A stretch of 64,000 bases of DNA from Shigella phage Sf20, in sequence record MF327006; one strand, given 5' to 3'. The position numbers and the translations under genes were made by a program. The notes under the pieces were generated by a model that was given only the letters and a program-made list of their open reading frames with translations, searched no databases and was not told where the DNA came from. Below are positions 52,537 to 59,376 of this stretch, piece after piece. Numbering within the stretch: the first letter of the stretch is position 1; each line of letters starts with the position of its first letter.

Positions 52537-53252
52537 TATAGATCCTTATTTGCTTCAAATACTGCCTTTGCGAATCCTCGCGGGGTAAGTGACCTTATAG
52601 TCTTTGTTTTCGTTCCTTTCCCGCCTAGCTTAGAATGCTGTTTACTGTACCCTTTATTAATCTGCAACGGTTTCTTTTCTGGCATTATAAAGCCTTGTCC
52701 GGTCCATAAGCAAGTCTTTTTTGGGTACATATCACGGGCGGCAATATACTCAGGAAACGTAGGATGCTTATCATCTTCCGGCAAATAACCGCCATATTCC
52801 CACGGATGGAACATATAATCAGGCTTACGCCACATGCTAGAGATAACGCTTACAGGATTCTCTATCATGTAGGGAACTCCTAGCCATTCACCCAAATAAG
52901 CGGTTATTTTAGCTGCCCGTACATCATGAACTTGAATCAATGGTCCTTGTTCTCGTTTCTTTCGTTCAAAGTGCGCAGCGCCACTAACAGCTAAATTGGT
53001 GCACGGTGGGAATGCAAAGATAATATCCGGTTTCCCCCATTCAAGGTCCATTGCTCTTTCCAGCCAGTTCAAATCAATCCATGTGTTTACATAGGTAATG
53101 TTTGGATGTTCAAATCTGGTATTATACTTTTTGTATGTGCCGTGGTCGCCATCATCAGCATTAAAGCAGATCACCTTATGACCTGCTTTAGCCCATTCTA
53201 GCCCCATTATCCCCGATCCGTCAAAGTTACAGAATATTAATTTTTGTTTCAT
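52536..53252 (-). CDS. C5-cytosine methyltransferase-like protein lacking a target-recognition domain, 238 aa
   Basis: Motif I FCNFDGSG, FNADD, motif IV FPPCTNLAVSGA (PC), motif VI MIENPV; RBS AAAGGGG. Confidence 0.5.
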   Translation of the reverse strand: MKQKLIFCNFDGSGIMGLEWAKAGHKVICFNADDGDHGTYKKYNTRFEHPNITYVNTWIDLNWLERAMDLEWGKPDIIFAFPPCTNLAVSGAAHFERKKREQGPLIQVHDVRAAKITAYLGEWLGVPYMIENPVSVISSMWRKPDYMFHPWEYGGYLPEDDKHPTFPEYIAARDMYPKKTCLWTGQGFIMPEKKPLQINKGYSKQHSKLGGKGTKTKTIRSLTPRGFAKAVFEANKDL

Positions 53253-53494
53253 ATACGCCCCTTTAATCCAACACAGATTTTAGAAGGTTCTTTGCCGTGC
53301 CACATTAAGTAAAGTCCGTTAATGCGGCCTTGTTTTGTATATGATTCTTTTCTGATCTTCTTATAGTGTCGTGTTTCCTCAGCCGATTGTTTAGAATACC
53401 AATCATAAAGGAAGATGAACAAAGGCCACCCATTAGCGGCCTTAATGCAGTTATTCAAAAATTCCTTATTGCGTTTAATTAATTTTCTTTTCAC
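53249..53494 (-). CDS. hypothetical protein, 81 aa (GTG start)
   Basis: GTG start overlaps upstream stop (GTGA); no internal ATG near the start. Confidence 0.4.
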   Translation of the reverse strand: MKRKLIKRNKEFLNNCIKAANGWPLFIFLYDWYSKQSAEETRHYKKIRKESYTKQGRINGLYLMWHGKEPSKICVGLKGRI

Positions 53495-53742
53495 GCTGCC
53501 CCCATTGGTTTGATAGTAACAGAATCTAAAAGACCTTTGTTAGCCAGTTCGCGGCAAGTTTTCAGATCCGCAACTTCCCAACCAGCCGCAATCAGGTTAT
53601 CAATCAGGCTGTTAGCAACTTCTTCGCTCATGAAAGAGCACTGTTTGCCGATGGTGTAGCGTACACGCTGTAATTTCAGTTTACGGAAGCCTTTAACGTT
53701 CAGGTCTTTAGCGATTTTCTTTGCGGTTTCGATGTTAGCCAT
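53491..53742 (-). CDS. hypothetical protein, 83 aa (starts MANIE)
   Basis: First gene after cassette promoter 2; RBS AGGAGA; first 16 nt of CDS identical to the 70-aa gene at 51614. Confidence 0.5.
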   Translation of the reverse strand: MANIETAKKIAKDLNVKGFRKLKLQRVRYTIGKQCSFMSEEVANSLIDNLIAAGWEVADLKTCRELANKGLLDSVTIKPMGAA

Positions 53743-53782
53743 TGTTTGATTCTCCTAAGTGGTATCTCGTCTTGATGGTTGT

Positions 53783-53811
53783 ATTGTAGGGGAGTTATCC
53801 TCCCCTGTCAA
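53783..53811 (-). promoter_or_regulatory. PeSL-like cassette promoter 2: TTGACA - GGGGAGGATAACTCCCC - TACAAT
   Basis: Plus attgta 53783-88, 17-nt hairpin spacer, tgtcaa 53806-11. Confidence 0.55.
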
Positions 53812-53825
53812 CACTTTTTATAAAA

Positions 53826-53993
53826 TTATTTGTTAATTTCTGGTGCGTTGCTAGGATAGTAACCTTCTTTAACACCCAGATATTTTGCAACCATCCCTAC
53901 AATCTTCTGTGCTACTACAATGTCAAATTTCAGATAATCTTCGCCGTGGGTTTCAATGATATATGCTTCACATGCTGCTTTAGTCTCGAACAT
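53826..53993 (-). CDS. small hypothetical protein, 55 aa (paralog copy A)
   Basis: MFETKAACEAYIIETHGEDYLKFDIVVAQK..; about 85 percent nt identity by eye to copy at 57593-57760. Confidence 0.55.
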   Translation of the reverse strand: MFETKAACEAYIIETHGEDYLKFDIVVAQKIVGMVAKYLGVKEGYYPSNAPEINK

Positions 53994-54026
53994 TTTGATT
54001 CTCCTATTTCGTTTCGTTATGTGTGT

Positions 54027-54055
54027 ATTATAGGGGATCTCCCGATCCCCGTCAA
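54027..54055 (-). promoter_or_regulatory. PeSL-like cassette promoter 3: TTGACG - hairpin GGGATCGGGAGATCCCC - TATAAT
   Basis: Plus attata 54027-32, 17-nt hairpin spacer, cgtcaa 54050-55. Confidence 0.55.
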
Positions 54056-54069
54056 CAACTTTTTTAAAA

Positions 54070-54351
54070 TTATTCGTGATTAGTTTCGATGTTGTGCATT
54101 TTGCACCAGTTCAGCCAATCACCCAGATCCTGATAGTTAATGCTTTTATCTGCTGCCATCGTTTTTGTCTTGATACCCATATGTGCGTTATGAGTAAGCA
54201 TTTTTACAGTGAACTCAATTTTATCACCTTTAGCTTTAACATCAACCAGTTTGGTCCACTGGCTACCAGCGCCGCGAATGTTCATACCAACGATGTTTCC
54301 GATGTATGCTTCTTTGTTTTTCAGGATTTCGGTTGCTTTGATGAATTTCAT
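54070..54351 (-). CDS. hypothetical protein, 93 aa
   Basis: ORF starting directly downstream of cassette promoter 4 and conserved leader. Confidence 0.5.
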   Translation of the reverse strand: MKFIKATEILKNKEAYIGNIVGMNIRGAGSQWTKLVDVKAKGDKIEFTVKMLTHNAHMGIKTKTMAADKSINYQDLGDWLNWCKMHNIETNHE

Positions 54352-54384
54352 TTTTGATTCTCCAGTTCGTTTCGGTATGTGTGT

Positions 54385-54413
54385 ATTATGCTATGTTCTT
54401 ACTTTGGTGTCAA
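54385..54413 (-). promoter_or_regulatory. PeSL-like cassette promoter 4 (degenerate): TTGACA - N17 - CATAAT
   Basis: Plus attatg 54385-90, tgtcaa 54408-13; spacer not palindromic. Confidence 0.45.
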
Positions 54414-54421
54414 CAACTTTT

Positions 54422-54691
54422 TTAGATATTTTCAGAAATAAATTTTAAAACTTGACGTAAATGTTTCTCATCTTTGATAGTCGCCGGAAGTTCTTCTTTT
54501 ACTTCCTGTGCAAGATAGATATTTCCGTTCCAAGTGAAAGATCCGTCTTCGTTTACGCGATAGCTGAACATCCACTCGCAATCATTTTCGATTTCATATA
54601 CACACAGAAGGGTGTAATCGTTAAAGCTATTGATTTCAAGGTCGAAGCCGTGACGTTTTGCAAAGTTGGTAGTGGTTTTAGTCAGAGCCAT
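54422..54691 (-). CDS. hypothetical protein, 89 aa
   Basis: ORF downstream of cassette promoter 5. Confidence 0.5.
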   Translation of the reverse strand: MALTKTTTNFAKRHGFDLEINSFNDYTLLCVYEIENDCEWMFSYRVNEDGSFTWNGNIYLAQEVKEELPATIKDEKHLRQVLKFISENI

Positions 54692-54731
54692 TGTTTGATT
54701 CTCCTAAATGGTATCTCGTTTCGATGGGTGT

Positions 54732-54760
54732 ATTATGCTATAGGCCGGATCTGGTGTCAA
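54732..54760 (-). promoter_or_regulatory. PeSL-like cassette promoter 5: TTGACA - CCAGATCCGGCCTATAG - CATAAT
   Basis: Plus attatg 54732-37, 17-nt spacer, tgtcaa 54755-60. Confidence 0.5.
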
Positions 54761-54770
54761 TGCCTTTTTT

Positions 54771-54801
54771 AAAAAAGCCGACACTAAGGTCGGCACATTT
54801 T
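54771..54801 (-). terminator. terminator hairpin GCCGACACTAAGGTCGGC
   Basis: Hairpin 54777-54794 flanked by A/T runs, just downstream of stop at 54800; identical hairpin at 55279. Confidence 0.6.
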
Positions 54802-55111
54802 AAAAATTCTTGCTATATATGCAAGCCTCATAATCTAGAGGATGACCGCCAATCCTACCCGGCTTAATATTCCAACCGCATCGATATTTGCTGACCATGC
54901 TAACAGTTTCGGTTCTTAGAGCATTTCTTTGCAAATCATACCCCCTAAATTCTTGTCTATAAGGACAGTCCGCTTTGCAAGTTGGCGGTTCTACGTCATT
55001 TAGAGGGTCGGAAGCAGTTGGCTTTATTATCAATTCTTTGTTTGCAATAATCATAAGCACATCCCATTGAAGACAATTTAACATCTTCGCAATAAGTGTT
55101 GAATCCGTCAA
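54800..55111 (-). CDS. hypothetical Cys-containing protein; start uncertain (TTG at 55111, ATG at 55084 or 55054)
   Basis: 103-codon ORF whose 5-prime part overlaps the 63-aa ORF in another frame; possible frameshift or overlapping gene. Confidence 0.35.
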   Translation of the reverse strand: MTDSTLIAKMLNCLQWDVLMIIANKELIIKPTASDPLNDVEPPTCKADCPYRQEFRGYDLQRNALRTETVSMVSKYRCGWNIKPGRIGGHPLDYEACIYSKNF

Positions 55112-55187
55112 ACACGATCACTTCGTATTTGACTCCATCAGCGATAGCTTTTACTTTATACCATCCATGCTTGTATAAAATCTTCAT
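54996..55187 (-). CDS. small Cys-rich protein, 63 aa
   Basis: ATG 55187 with GAGGA RBS downstream of cassette promoter 6. Confidence 0.45.
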   Translation of the reverse strand: MKILYKHGWYKVKAIADGVKYEVIVFDGFNTYCEDVKLSSMGCAYDYCKQRIDNKANCFRPSK

Positions 55188-55219
55188 CTTTATTTCCTCG
55201 ATCTCGTTTCGATGGGTGT

Positions 55220-55249
55220 ATTATGCTATAGGCTAGACCAGGTTGTCAA
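55220..55249 (-). promoter_or_regulatory. PeSL-like cassette promoter 6: TTGACA - N18 - CATAAT
   Basis: Plus attatg 55220-25, tgtcaa 55244-49. Confidence 0.5.
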
Positions 55250-55271
55250 CAACTTTTTTAATTTTTTGGAA

Positions 55272-55300
55272 ATAAAAAGCCGACACTAAGGTCGGCTAAT
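55272..55300 (-). terminator. terminator hairpin GCCGACACTAAGGTCGGC (second exact copy)
   Basis: Hairpin 55279-55296 followed on minus strand by TTTTTATTT. Confidence 0.6.
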
Positions 55301-55304
55301 AAAA

Positions 55305-55613
55305 TCATTTAGACAAGTAATCATTCTGTGCAATACGGTCGGCGTATGCTGGTGTTATGTCAATCGCCAGCACTTTAACGCGTGCTTTCTTGCGACCTGG
55401 GTTTTCTCGTAACCAGTGCTCATGACCGTGAACATTTTTATACTTTGATGCTTCTTCAAATGTACGGATCGGACCTGGGTAATCAGCGTAAAGGATCTCT
55501 AGGTCTTCGGTGATGTAAAAATATACATCGTAATTACTGTTCTCTAGTTTAAGCAGAGAGTTGCGAAATTGTGGTAAATTCTCGCGGGTAAATTCAACTA
55601 CAAGATTTTTCAT
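55305..55613 (-). CDS. HxHW-family small protein, paralog A, 102 aa
   Basis: Signature YDVYFYITEDL ... HGHEHW ... VLAIDI; RBS GAGGA. Confidence 0.55.
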   Translation of the reverse strand: MKNLVVEFTRENLPQFRNSLLKLENSNYDVYFYITEDLEILYADYPGPIRTFEEASKYKNVHGHEHWLRENPGRKKARVKVLAIDITPAYADRIAQNDYLSK

Positions 55614-55639
55614 AGTGATATCCTCATTCAGATAGATTA

Positions 55640-55660
55640 AAAGGGGGCTTAACGCCCCGT
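55640..55660 (-). terminator. terminator-like hairpin GGGGC-ttaac-GCCCC
   Basis: Hairpin 55644-55658 downstream of stop at 55664. Confidence 0.5.
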
Positions 55661-55663
55661 ATA

Positions 55664-55951
55664 TTAAAACAGTCCTTCCTGTACACCGTAGTAGAGTTCA
55701 TCGCTGATAATTTCATTAATGCGACGGTGTGCATATTCCTGATTTGCGAAGTTATCAGCAAGTTCTACTTTAGTTTCGCCGTCATGAGTCCATTTAGTGA
55801 TAACTTTACCATCTGCAAATTTGAAGTTGAACTCTTTAGCTACTGCATCGCGTACCAGACGTGCGAACTTGTTGTTACGGATTGCATTATCGGTTTCGTG
55901 TGCAGCGTGAGCGAATTTGTTAACTTTCAGAGTGATAGTAATGTATGCCAT
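55664..55951 (-). CDS. hypothetical protein, 95 aa (paralog of the gene at 58978-59289)
   Basis: Shared segment LVRDAVAKEFNFKF vs EVRKALAKEFNTKI. Confidence 0.5.
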   Translation of the reverse strand: MAYITITLKVNKFAHAAHETDNAIRNNKFARLVRDAVAKEFNFKFADGKVITKWTHDGETKVELADNFANQEYAHRRINEIISDELYYGVQEGLF

Positions 55952-55997
55952 AATTTGATTCTCCTAGTTAGAAAGTGTATCTCGTTTCGATGGGGAT

Positions 55998-56026
55998 ATT
56001 ATGCTATATCCCCGATCCGGTGTCAA
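55998..56026 (-). promoter_or_regulatory. PeSL-like cassette promoter 7: TTGACA - CCGGATCGGGGATATAG - CATAAT
   Basis: Plus attatg 55998-56003, 17-nt spacer, tgtcaa 56021-26. Confidence 0.5.
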
Positions 56027-56032
56027 CACTTT

Positions 56033-56311
56033 TTATAAAATAATTTTTTGATATTTTTCTATGATGTTCGTGTAAGTCACATCAACCGCTAGCACCGTTG
56101 CTTCGAATCCACCGTTTAGCCAATGGCTATGATCATGATCGTGAAAGAAACCTAGACCAGTACGAAGACCTTCTTTATATTCTGCGCGTACATTCAGTTT
56201 GTCGTCGATAAACAGATAAAACCATGAATTTTTACTAGGATTGATGATACAACCTTTCAGATTAGGGAGAATATCACGACTAAGAATAAACTTATCACCT
56301 ACTTTGAGCAT
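56033..56311 (-). CDS. HxHW-family small protein, paralog B, 92 aa
   Basis: Signature WFYLFIDDKL ... HDHSHW ... VLAVDV; start at ATG 56311 with RBS GAGGAAAA (ORF-track extension trimmed). Confidence 0.5.
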   Translation of the reverse strand: MLKVGDKFILSRDILPNLKGCIINPSKNSWFYLFIDDKLNVRAEYKEGLRTGLGFFHDHDHSHWLNGGFEATVLAVDVTYTNIIEKYQKIIL

Positions 56312-56325
56312 AATATTTTCCTCAC

Positions 56326-56634
56326 TTATAAAGTTTGACCGTTGTTTTTCGCGTAATGCTGAATGCGTGCTTGATCTGCTTCCGCTGGTGATAGATTCCA
56401 TGCGATCACTACAACTTCTGACGCATCATGATCATTATCACTTACCCAATGATTATGATTCATACAATTGTTTGCTATCGCGTGAGCAAATGATCTCATT
56501 ACCGGAGACGTATAATCATAGTAACGGATTTTCAGATTTTCATCAACGTACAAGTAGATCGTATACGGCTTATATTCAGTAACCAGTAACAGACAGTTAC
56601 GCAATTCTGGGAAAATCTTTTTAGTTAATTTCAT
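56326..56634 (-). CDS. HxHW-family small protein, paralog C, 102 aa
   Basis: Signature YTIYLYVDENL ... HNHW ... VIAWNL; start at ATG 56634 (N-terminus MKLTKKIFPEL parallels paralog A). Confidence 0.5.
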   Translation of the reverse strand: MKLTKKIFPELRNCLLLVTEYKPYTIYLYVDENLKIRYYDYTSPVMRSFAHAIANNCMNHNHWVSDNDHDASEVVVIAWNLSPAEADQARIQHYAKNNGQTL

Positions 56635-56635
56635 T

Positions 56636-56866
56636 TTATAATCCTCGGTCGCGGCTATAGTAAACGGTACGCCATACAATTTCATGTTTCGTGTCGCTCC
56701 AGCACACGATCTCATTTACTCTTAAATCTTTGTTATCAACAAAAGATGAACATTGTGACGCTTCTTTCATCATTTTATCTGCTGTTTTCTCATCAAATAC
56801 AGCACAGATTTCTTTATACACTCGATAATCTTTGAATTGACTCTGAATACCCATAATTAACACCAT
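56636..56866 (-). CDS. hypothetical protein, about 76 aa (paralog of the gene at 56814-57077); start uncertain
   Basis: Shared segment FKDYRVYKEICAVFDEKTADKMMKEASQC vs FKEYKAYQQILRVYAPEFAEKMMEDASKC. Confidence 0.4.
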   Translation of the reverse strand: MVLIMGIQSQFKDYRVYKEICAVFDEKTADKMMKEASQCSSFVDNKDLRVNEIVCWSDTKHEIVWRTVYYSRDRGL

Positions 56867-57077
56867 TCCAACCAATTGTTTTTGAGAAAACGTTTATCCA
56901 CTGTTGAGTGTAACATGTTTCTTTCCATGATACAATACGAGTAGAATAATGGTTTTTGTTTCCAGAAAAGGACGGGCATTTTGATGCATCTTCCATCATC
57001 TTTTCGGCGAACTCTGGTGCGTATACTCGCAGGATCTGTTGATATGCTTTGTATTCTTTAAATTTGCTCATAATCAT
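56814..57077 (-). CDS. hypothetical protein, 87 aa
   Basis: ATG 57077; 3-prime end overlaps the start of the downstream paralog in another frame. Confidence 0.45.
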   Translation of the reverse strand: MIMSKFKEYKAYQQILRVYAPEFAEKMMEDASKCPSFSGNKNHYSTRIVSWKETCYTQQWINVFSKTIGWNGVNYGYSESIQRLSSV

Positions 57078-57336
57078 TCACTACCTTATCAGCTTCTTTT
57101 GTTGTTTTTACATCAACTGCGATAACTCGTAAAGGTTCGTCATGGTTCCACCAGTGGTCATGAATATCAGCTTGTGATTTATCACCAAAGGAATCACGAA
57201 TATCATTTTTACATTTATAGCTAATGTGACCTTCATAGTCAACATAAAGGTAATTATCGAAAATCGGCGTTTTTAAGATCATACCGAAAAATCTTTCTTT
57301 GTGTGTCTTATCCAGCGTTGCAGTAATTCGCATCAT
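57058..57336 (-). CDS. HxHW-family small protein, paralog D, 92 aa
   Basis: Signature NYLYVDYEGH ... IHDHWW ... VIAVDV; RBS AAGAGGA. Confidence 0.55.
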   Translation of the reverse strand: MMRITATLDKTHKERFFGMILKTPIFDNYLYVDYEGHISYKCKNDIRDSFGDKSQADIHDHWWNHDEPLRVIAVDVKTTKEADKVVNDYEQI

Positions 57337-57348
57337 AATATATTCCTC

Positions 57349-57528
57349 TTAGAAAGGGATGGTCATTTCTTGAGCTTGTACGTTCTCGTTAGGATTAAAC
57401 TTCATCCAGCCGATATTGTCTACCAGCATATGCACATTTTTATCATATCCTACGTGGGTAGTCAATACTGTATGTGCTTTACCTTCAATGATGAGTTCCA
57501 TGTACTTCTGAACTTCGATAGCTTTCAT
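57349..57528 (-). CDS. small hypothetical protein, 59 aa
   Basis: ATG directly after conserved cassette leader (GGAGAATCAAA-ATG); below ORF-track size cutoff. Confidence 0.45.
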   Translation of the reverse strand: MKAIEVQKYMELIIEGKAHTVLTTHVGYDKNVHMLVDNIGWMKFNPNENVQAQEMTIPF

Positions 57529-57560
57529 TTTGATTCTCCGTTTGTTGTCTTGATGGGAGT

Positions 57561-57589
57561 ATCTTACTACTCCCTTTAATCATTGTCAA
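57561..57589 (-). promoter_or_regulatory. PeSL-like cassette promoter 8: TTGACA - N17 - TAAGAT
   Basis: Plus atctta 57561-66, tgtcaa 57584-89; GGGAGTA..TACTCCC hairpin in leader. Confidence 0.45.
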
Positions 57590-57592
57590 CTA

Positions 57593-57760
57593 TTATTTGT
57601 TAATTTCTGGTGCGTTGCTCGGATAGTAACCTTCTTTAACACCAAGATATTTTGCAACCATTCCGGTGATCTTCTGTGCTACTACGATATCGAATTTCAG
57701 GTAGTCTTCACCGTGGTTTGCTACAATGTACGCTTCGCATTCTGCTTTAGTCTGGAACAT
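57593..57760 (-). CDS. small hypothetical protein, 55 aa (paralog copy B)
   Basis: MFQTKAECEAYIVANHGEDYLKFDIVVAQK..; ORF-track TTG extension trimmed. Confidence 0.55.
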   Translation of the reverse strand: MFQTKAECEAYIVANHGEDYLKFDIVVAQKITGMVAKYLGVKEGYYPSNAPEINK

Positions 57761-57794
57761 TTTTGATTCTCCTATATCTCGTTGGTATGTGTGC

Positions 57795-57823
57795 ATTATA
57801 GGGGATCGGTGATCCCCTGTCAA
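57795..57823 (-). promoter_or_regulatory. PeSL-like cassette promoter 9: TTGACA - GGGGATCACCGATCCCC - TATAAT
   Basis: Plus attata 57795-800, 17-nt hairpin spacer, tgtcaa 57818-23. Confidence 0.6.
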
Positions 57824-57828
57824 CAACT

Positions 57829-58122
57829 TTATAATGCTTTATATGCGTATTTCATAAATTTGTCTGCCACTTCATTGGCATGTTCAGATTCTACGCCTGA
57901 TTCGAGAACAATAGCTAGGTCGGTTTCGTCATTCCCGCCGTACCAATGATTTGATGTTCGATTTTTTTCAATTGGAAAGTGGTCACTTTTATCTGTGCGA
58001 CAAAATACATCTAAATGCTCGTCGATGTAAAAGATCCAATCTTCATAAAGAATAACGGTATTAGCAAGATTTTTATTGCCTTCAACGAAAGGTTCGGCTA
58101 CAAACAAATTAGTATGTTCCAT
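57829..58122 (-). CDS. HxHW-family small protein, paralog E, 97 aa
   Basis: Signature DWIFYIDEHL ... SNHW ... AIVLES; start at ATG 58122 with RBS GAGGAAA. Confidence 0.45.
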   Translation of the reverse strand: MEHTNLFVAEPFVEGNKNLANTVILYEDWIFYIDEHLDVFCRTDKSDHFPIEKNRTSNHWYGGNDETDLAIVLESGVESEHANEVADKFMKYAYKAL

Positions 58123-58138
58123 AGTATTTTCCTCAAAA

Positions 58139-58330
58139 TTATACAGCTTCGTAAACTTCCCAATGTCCAACACCAGCACGCTTAACGAAAAGGTTTTCTT
58201 TGATGTTATTCATAAACGTCTGGATGGATTTAATGCGGTTTGAAGGTTTCCATTCTTCGTTGGCATTGCGTCGATACATCATAACATTACCAGTTCGCTT
58301 ATATTCAGCAACCATTTTAAGACCACACAT
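58139..58330 (-). CDS. hypothetical protein, 63 aa
   Basis: ATG 58330 with RBS GAGGA. Confidence 0.45.
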   Translation of the reverse strand: MCGLKMVAEYKRTGNVMMYRRNANEEWKPSNRIKSIQTFMNNIKENLFVKRAGVGHWEVYEAV

Positions 58331-58387
58331 AATATTATCCTCAATTTGTGGGAGAGTATTACCCCTCCCAATGATTGTTATGTTATA

Positions 58388-58708
58388 TCACACAAAATGG
58401 CGTGTCAATGCTTCTTTTGCGGTTCCGCTAAGACTTTCGATCTCGCCTGGCATAACATCAACCGCCAGAACTTCTACAACATCCTCGGACCCTAACCAGT
58501 GAGTATGACCTTTGTAGAACTTGATAACCAGACTACCTTCCTCGTCCCATTTAACGCTATCGCTAGCCCACCACACATCACAGTCGATAAAGTTGATGTA
58601 AAGCACACTACGCCACATTGAATTAATTACTTTCAATATTGCGCCTTTCATCTCTTCCACGGTATGGTCTTCCATTTTGAAGACCTCACCTACCTGAACT
58701 TTTGCCAT
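58388..58708 (-). CDS. HxHW-family small protein, paralog F, 106 aa
   Basis: Signature VLYINFIDCDV ... GHTHW ... VLAVDV; RBS GAGGTGA. Confidence 0.55.
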   Translation of the reverse strand: MAKVQVGEVFKMEDHTVEEMKGAILKVINSMWRSVLYINFIDCDVWWASDSVKWDEEGSLVIKFYKGHTHWLGSEDVVEVLAVDVMPGEIESLSGTAKEALTRHFV

Positions 58709-58725
58709 TTAGTCACCTCTCTTTA

Positions 58726-58905
58726 TTACATAACAATCACGCCAGCCGTTGAAAGTTGATGTTTCAACTGAGCATTTTCTGCTACCGTCAAATCAATGAT
58801 TTCTTGTGACGCTGCAATCATATAGCCATTGGTGATATTGTTTTGCATCAGTTCAATGGTTTCTTCGTTGTAGCGGATTTTAGCGATGATTTCGTTGAAG
58901 TTCAT
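58726..58905 (-). CDS. small hypothetical protein, 59 aa
   Basis: ATG after conserved cassette leader; below ORF-track size cutoff. Confidence 0.45.
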   Translation of the reverse strand: MNFNEIIAKIRYNEETIELMQNNITNGYMIAASQEIIDLTVAENAQLKHQLSTAGVIVM

Positions 58906-58939
58906 AATTGATTCTCCTAGTTCGTTTCGGTATGTGTGT

Positions 58940-58969
58940 AGTATAGGGGAGTTTAACCTCCCCTGTCAA
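58940..58969 (-). promoter_or_regulatory. PeSL-like cassette promoter 10: TTGACA - GGGGAGGTTAAACTCCCC - TATACT
   Basis: Plus agtata 58940-45, 18-nt hairpin spacer, tgtcaa 58964-69. Confidence 0.5.
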
Positions 58970-58977
58970 CAACTTTT

Positions 58978-59289
58978 TTAAAGTTTTTCCATGATAACGG
59001 TCATAATTACATCTTCTGCGCGAGCGGTCAGATTATCAGCGTCAGCATGTGGGCGGTTGGTTGTTACAGAGATAACACCGTTGCGCACTGGTTTGATATT
59101 GATATCAAGATGATCCGCGAAACGTTCGCCAGTTACAGAATGAATTTTGGTGTTAAATTCTTTTGCCAGTGCCTTGCGAACTTCACGAATCAGGATAGCG
59201 TTTTTCAGTTGGTTCTCCGCGCTCATGGTCTTCTGGGTGTTCATGGTTCCGTCGAAGTCAATCATTGGCAGCGTTACGATGTATTTCAT
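58978..59289 (-). CDS. hypothetical protein, 103 aa (paralog of the gene at 55664-55951)
   Basis: ATG after conserved cassette leader; shared KEFN segment. Confidence 0.5.
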   Translation of the reverse strand: MKYIVTLPMIDFDGTMNTQKTMSAENQLKNAILIREVRKALAKEFNTKIHSVTGERFADHLDINIKPVRNGVISVTTNRPHADADNLTARAEDVIMTVIMEKL

Positions 59290-59334
59290 TTTTGATTCTC
59301 CGTTTAAGAAAGTGTGTTTCGTTTTGATGTGTGT

Positions 59335-59363
59335 AGTATAGGGGATACGTGATCCCCTGTCAA
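59335..59363 (-). promoter_or_regulatory. PeSL-like cassette promoter 11: TTGACA - GGGGATCACGTATCCCC - TATACT
   Basis: Plus agtata 59335-40, 17-nt hairpin spacer, tgtcaa 59358-63. Confidence 0.55.
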
Positions 59364-59376
59364 CAACTTTTTTGAA

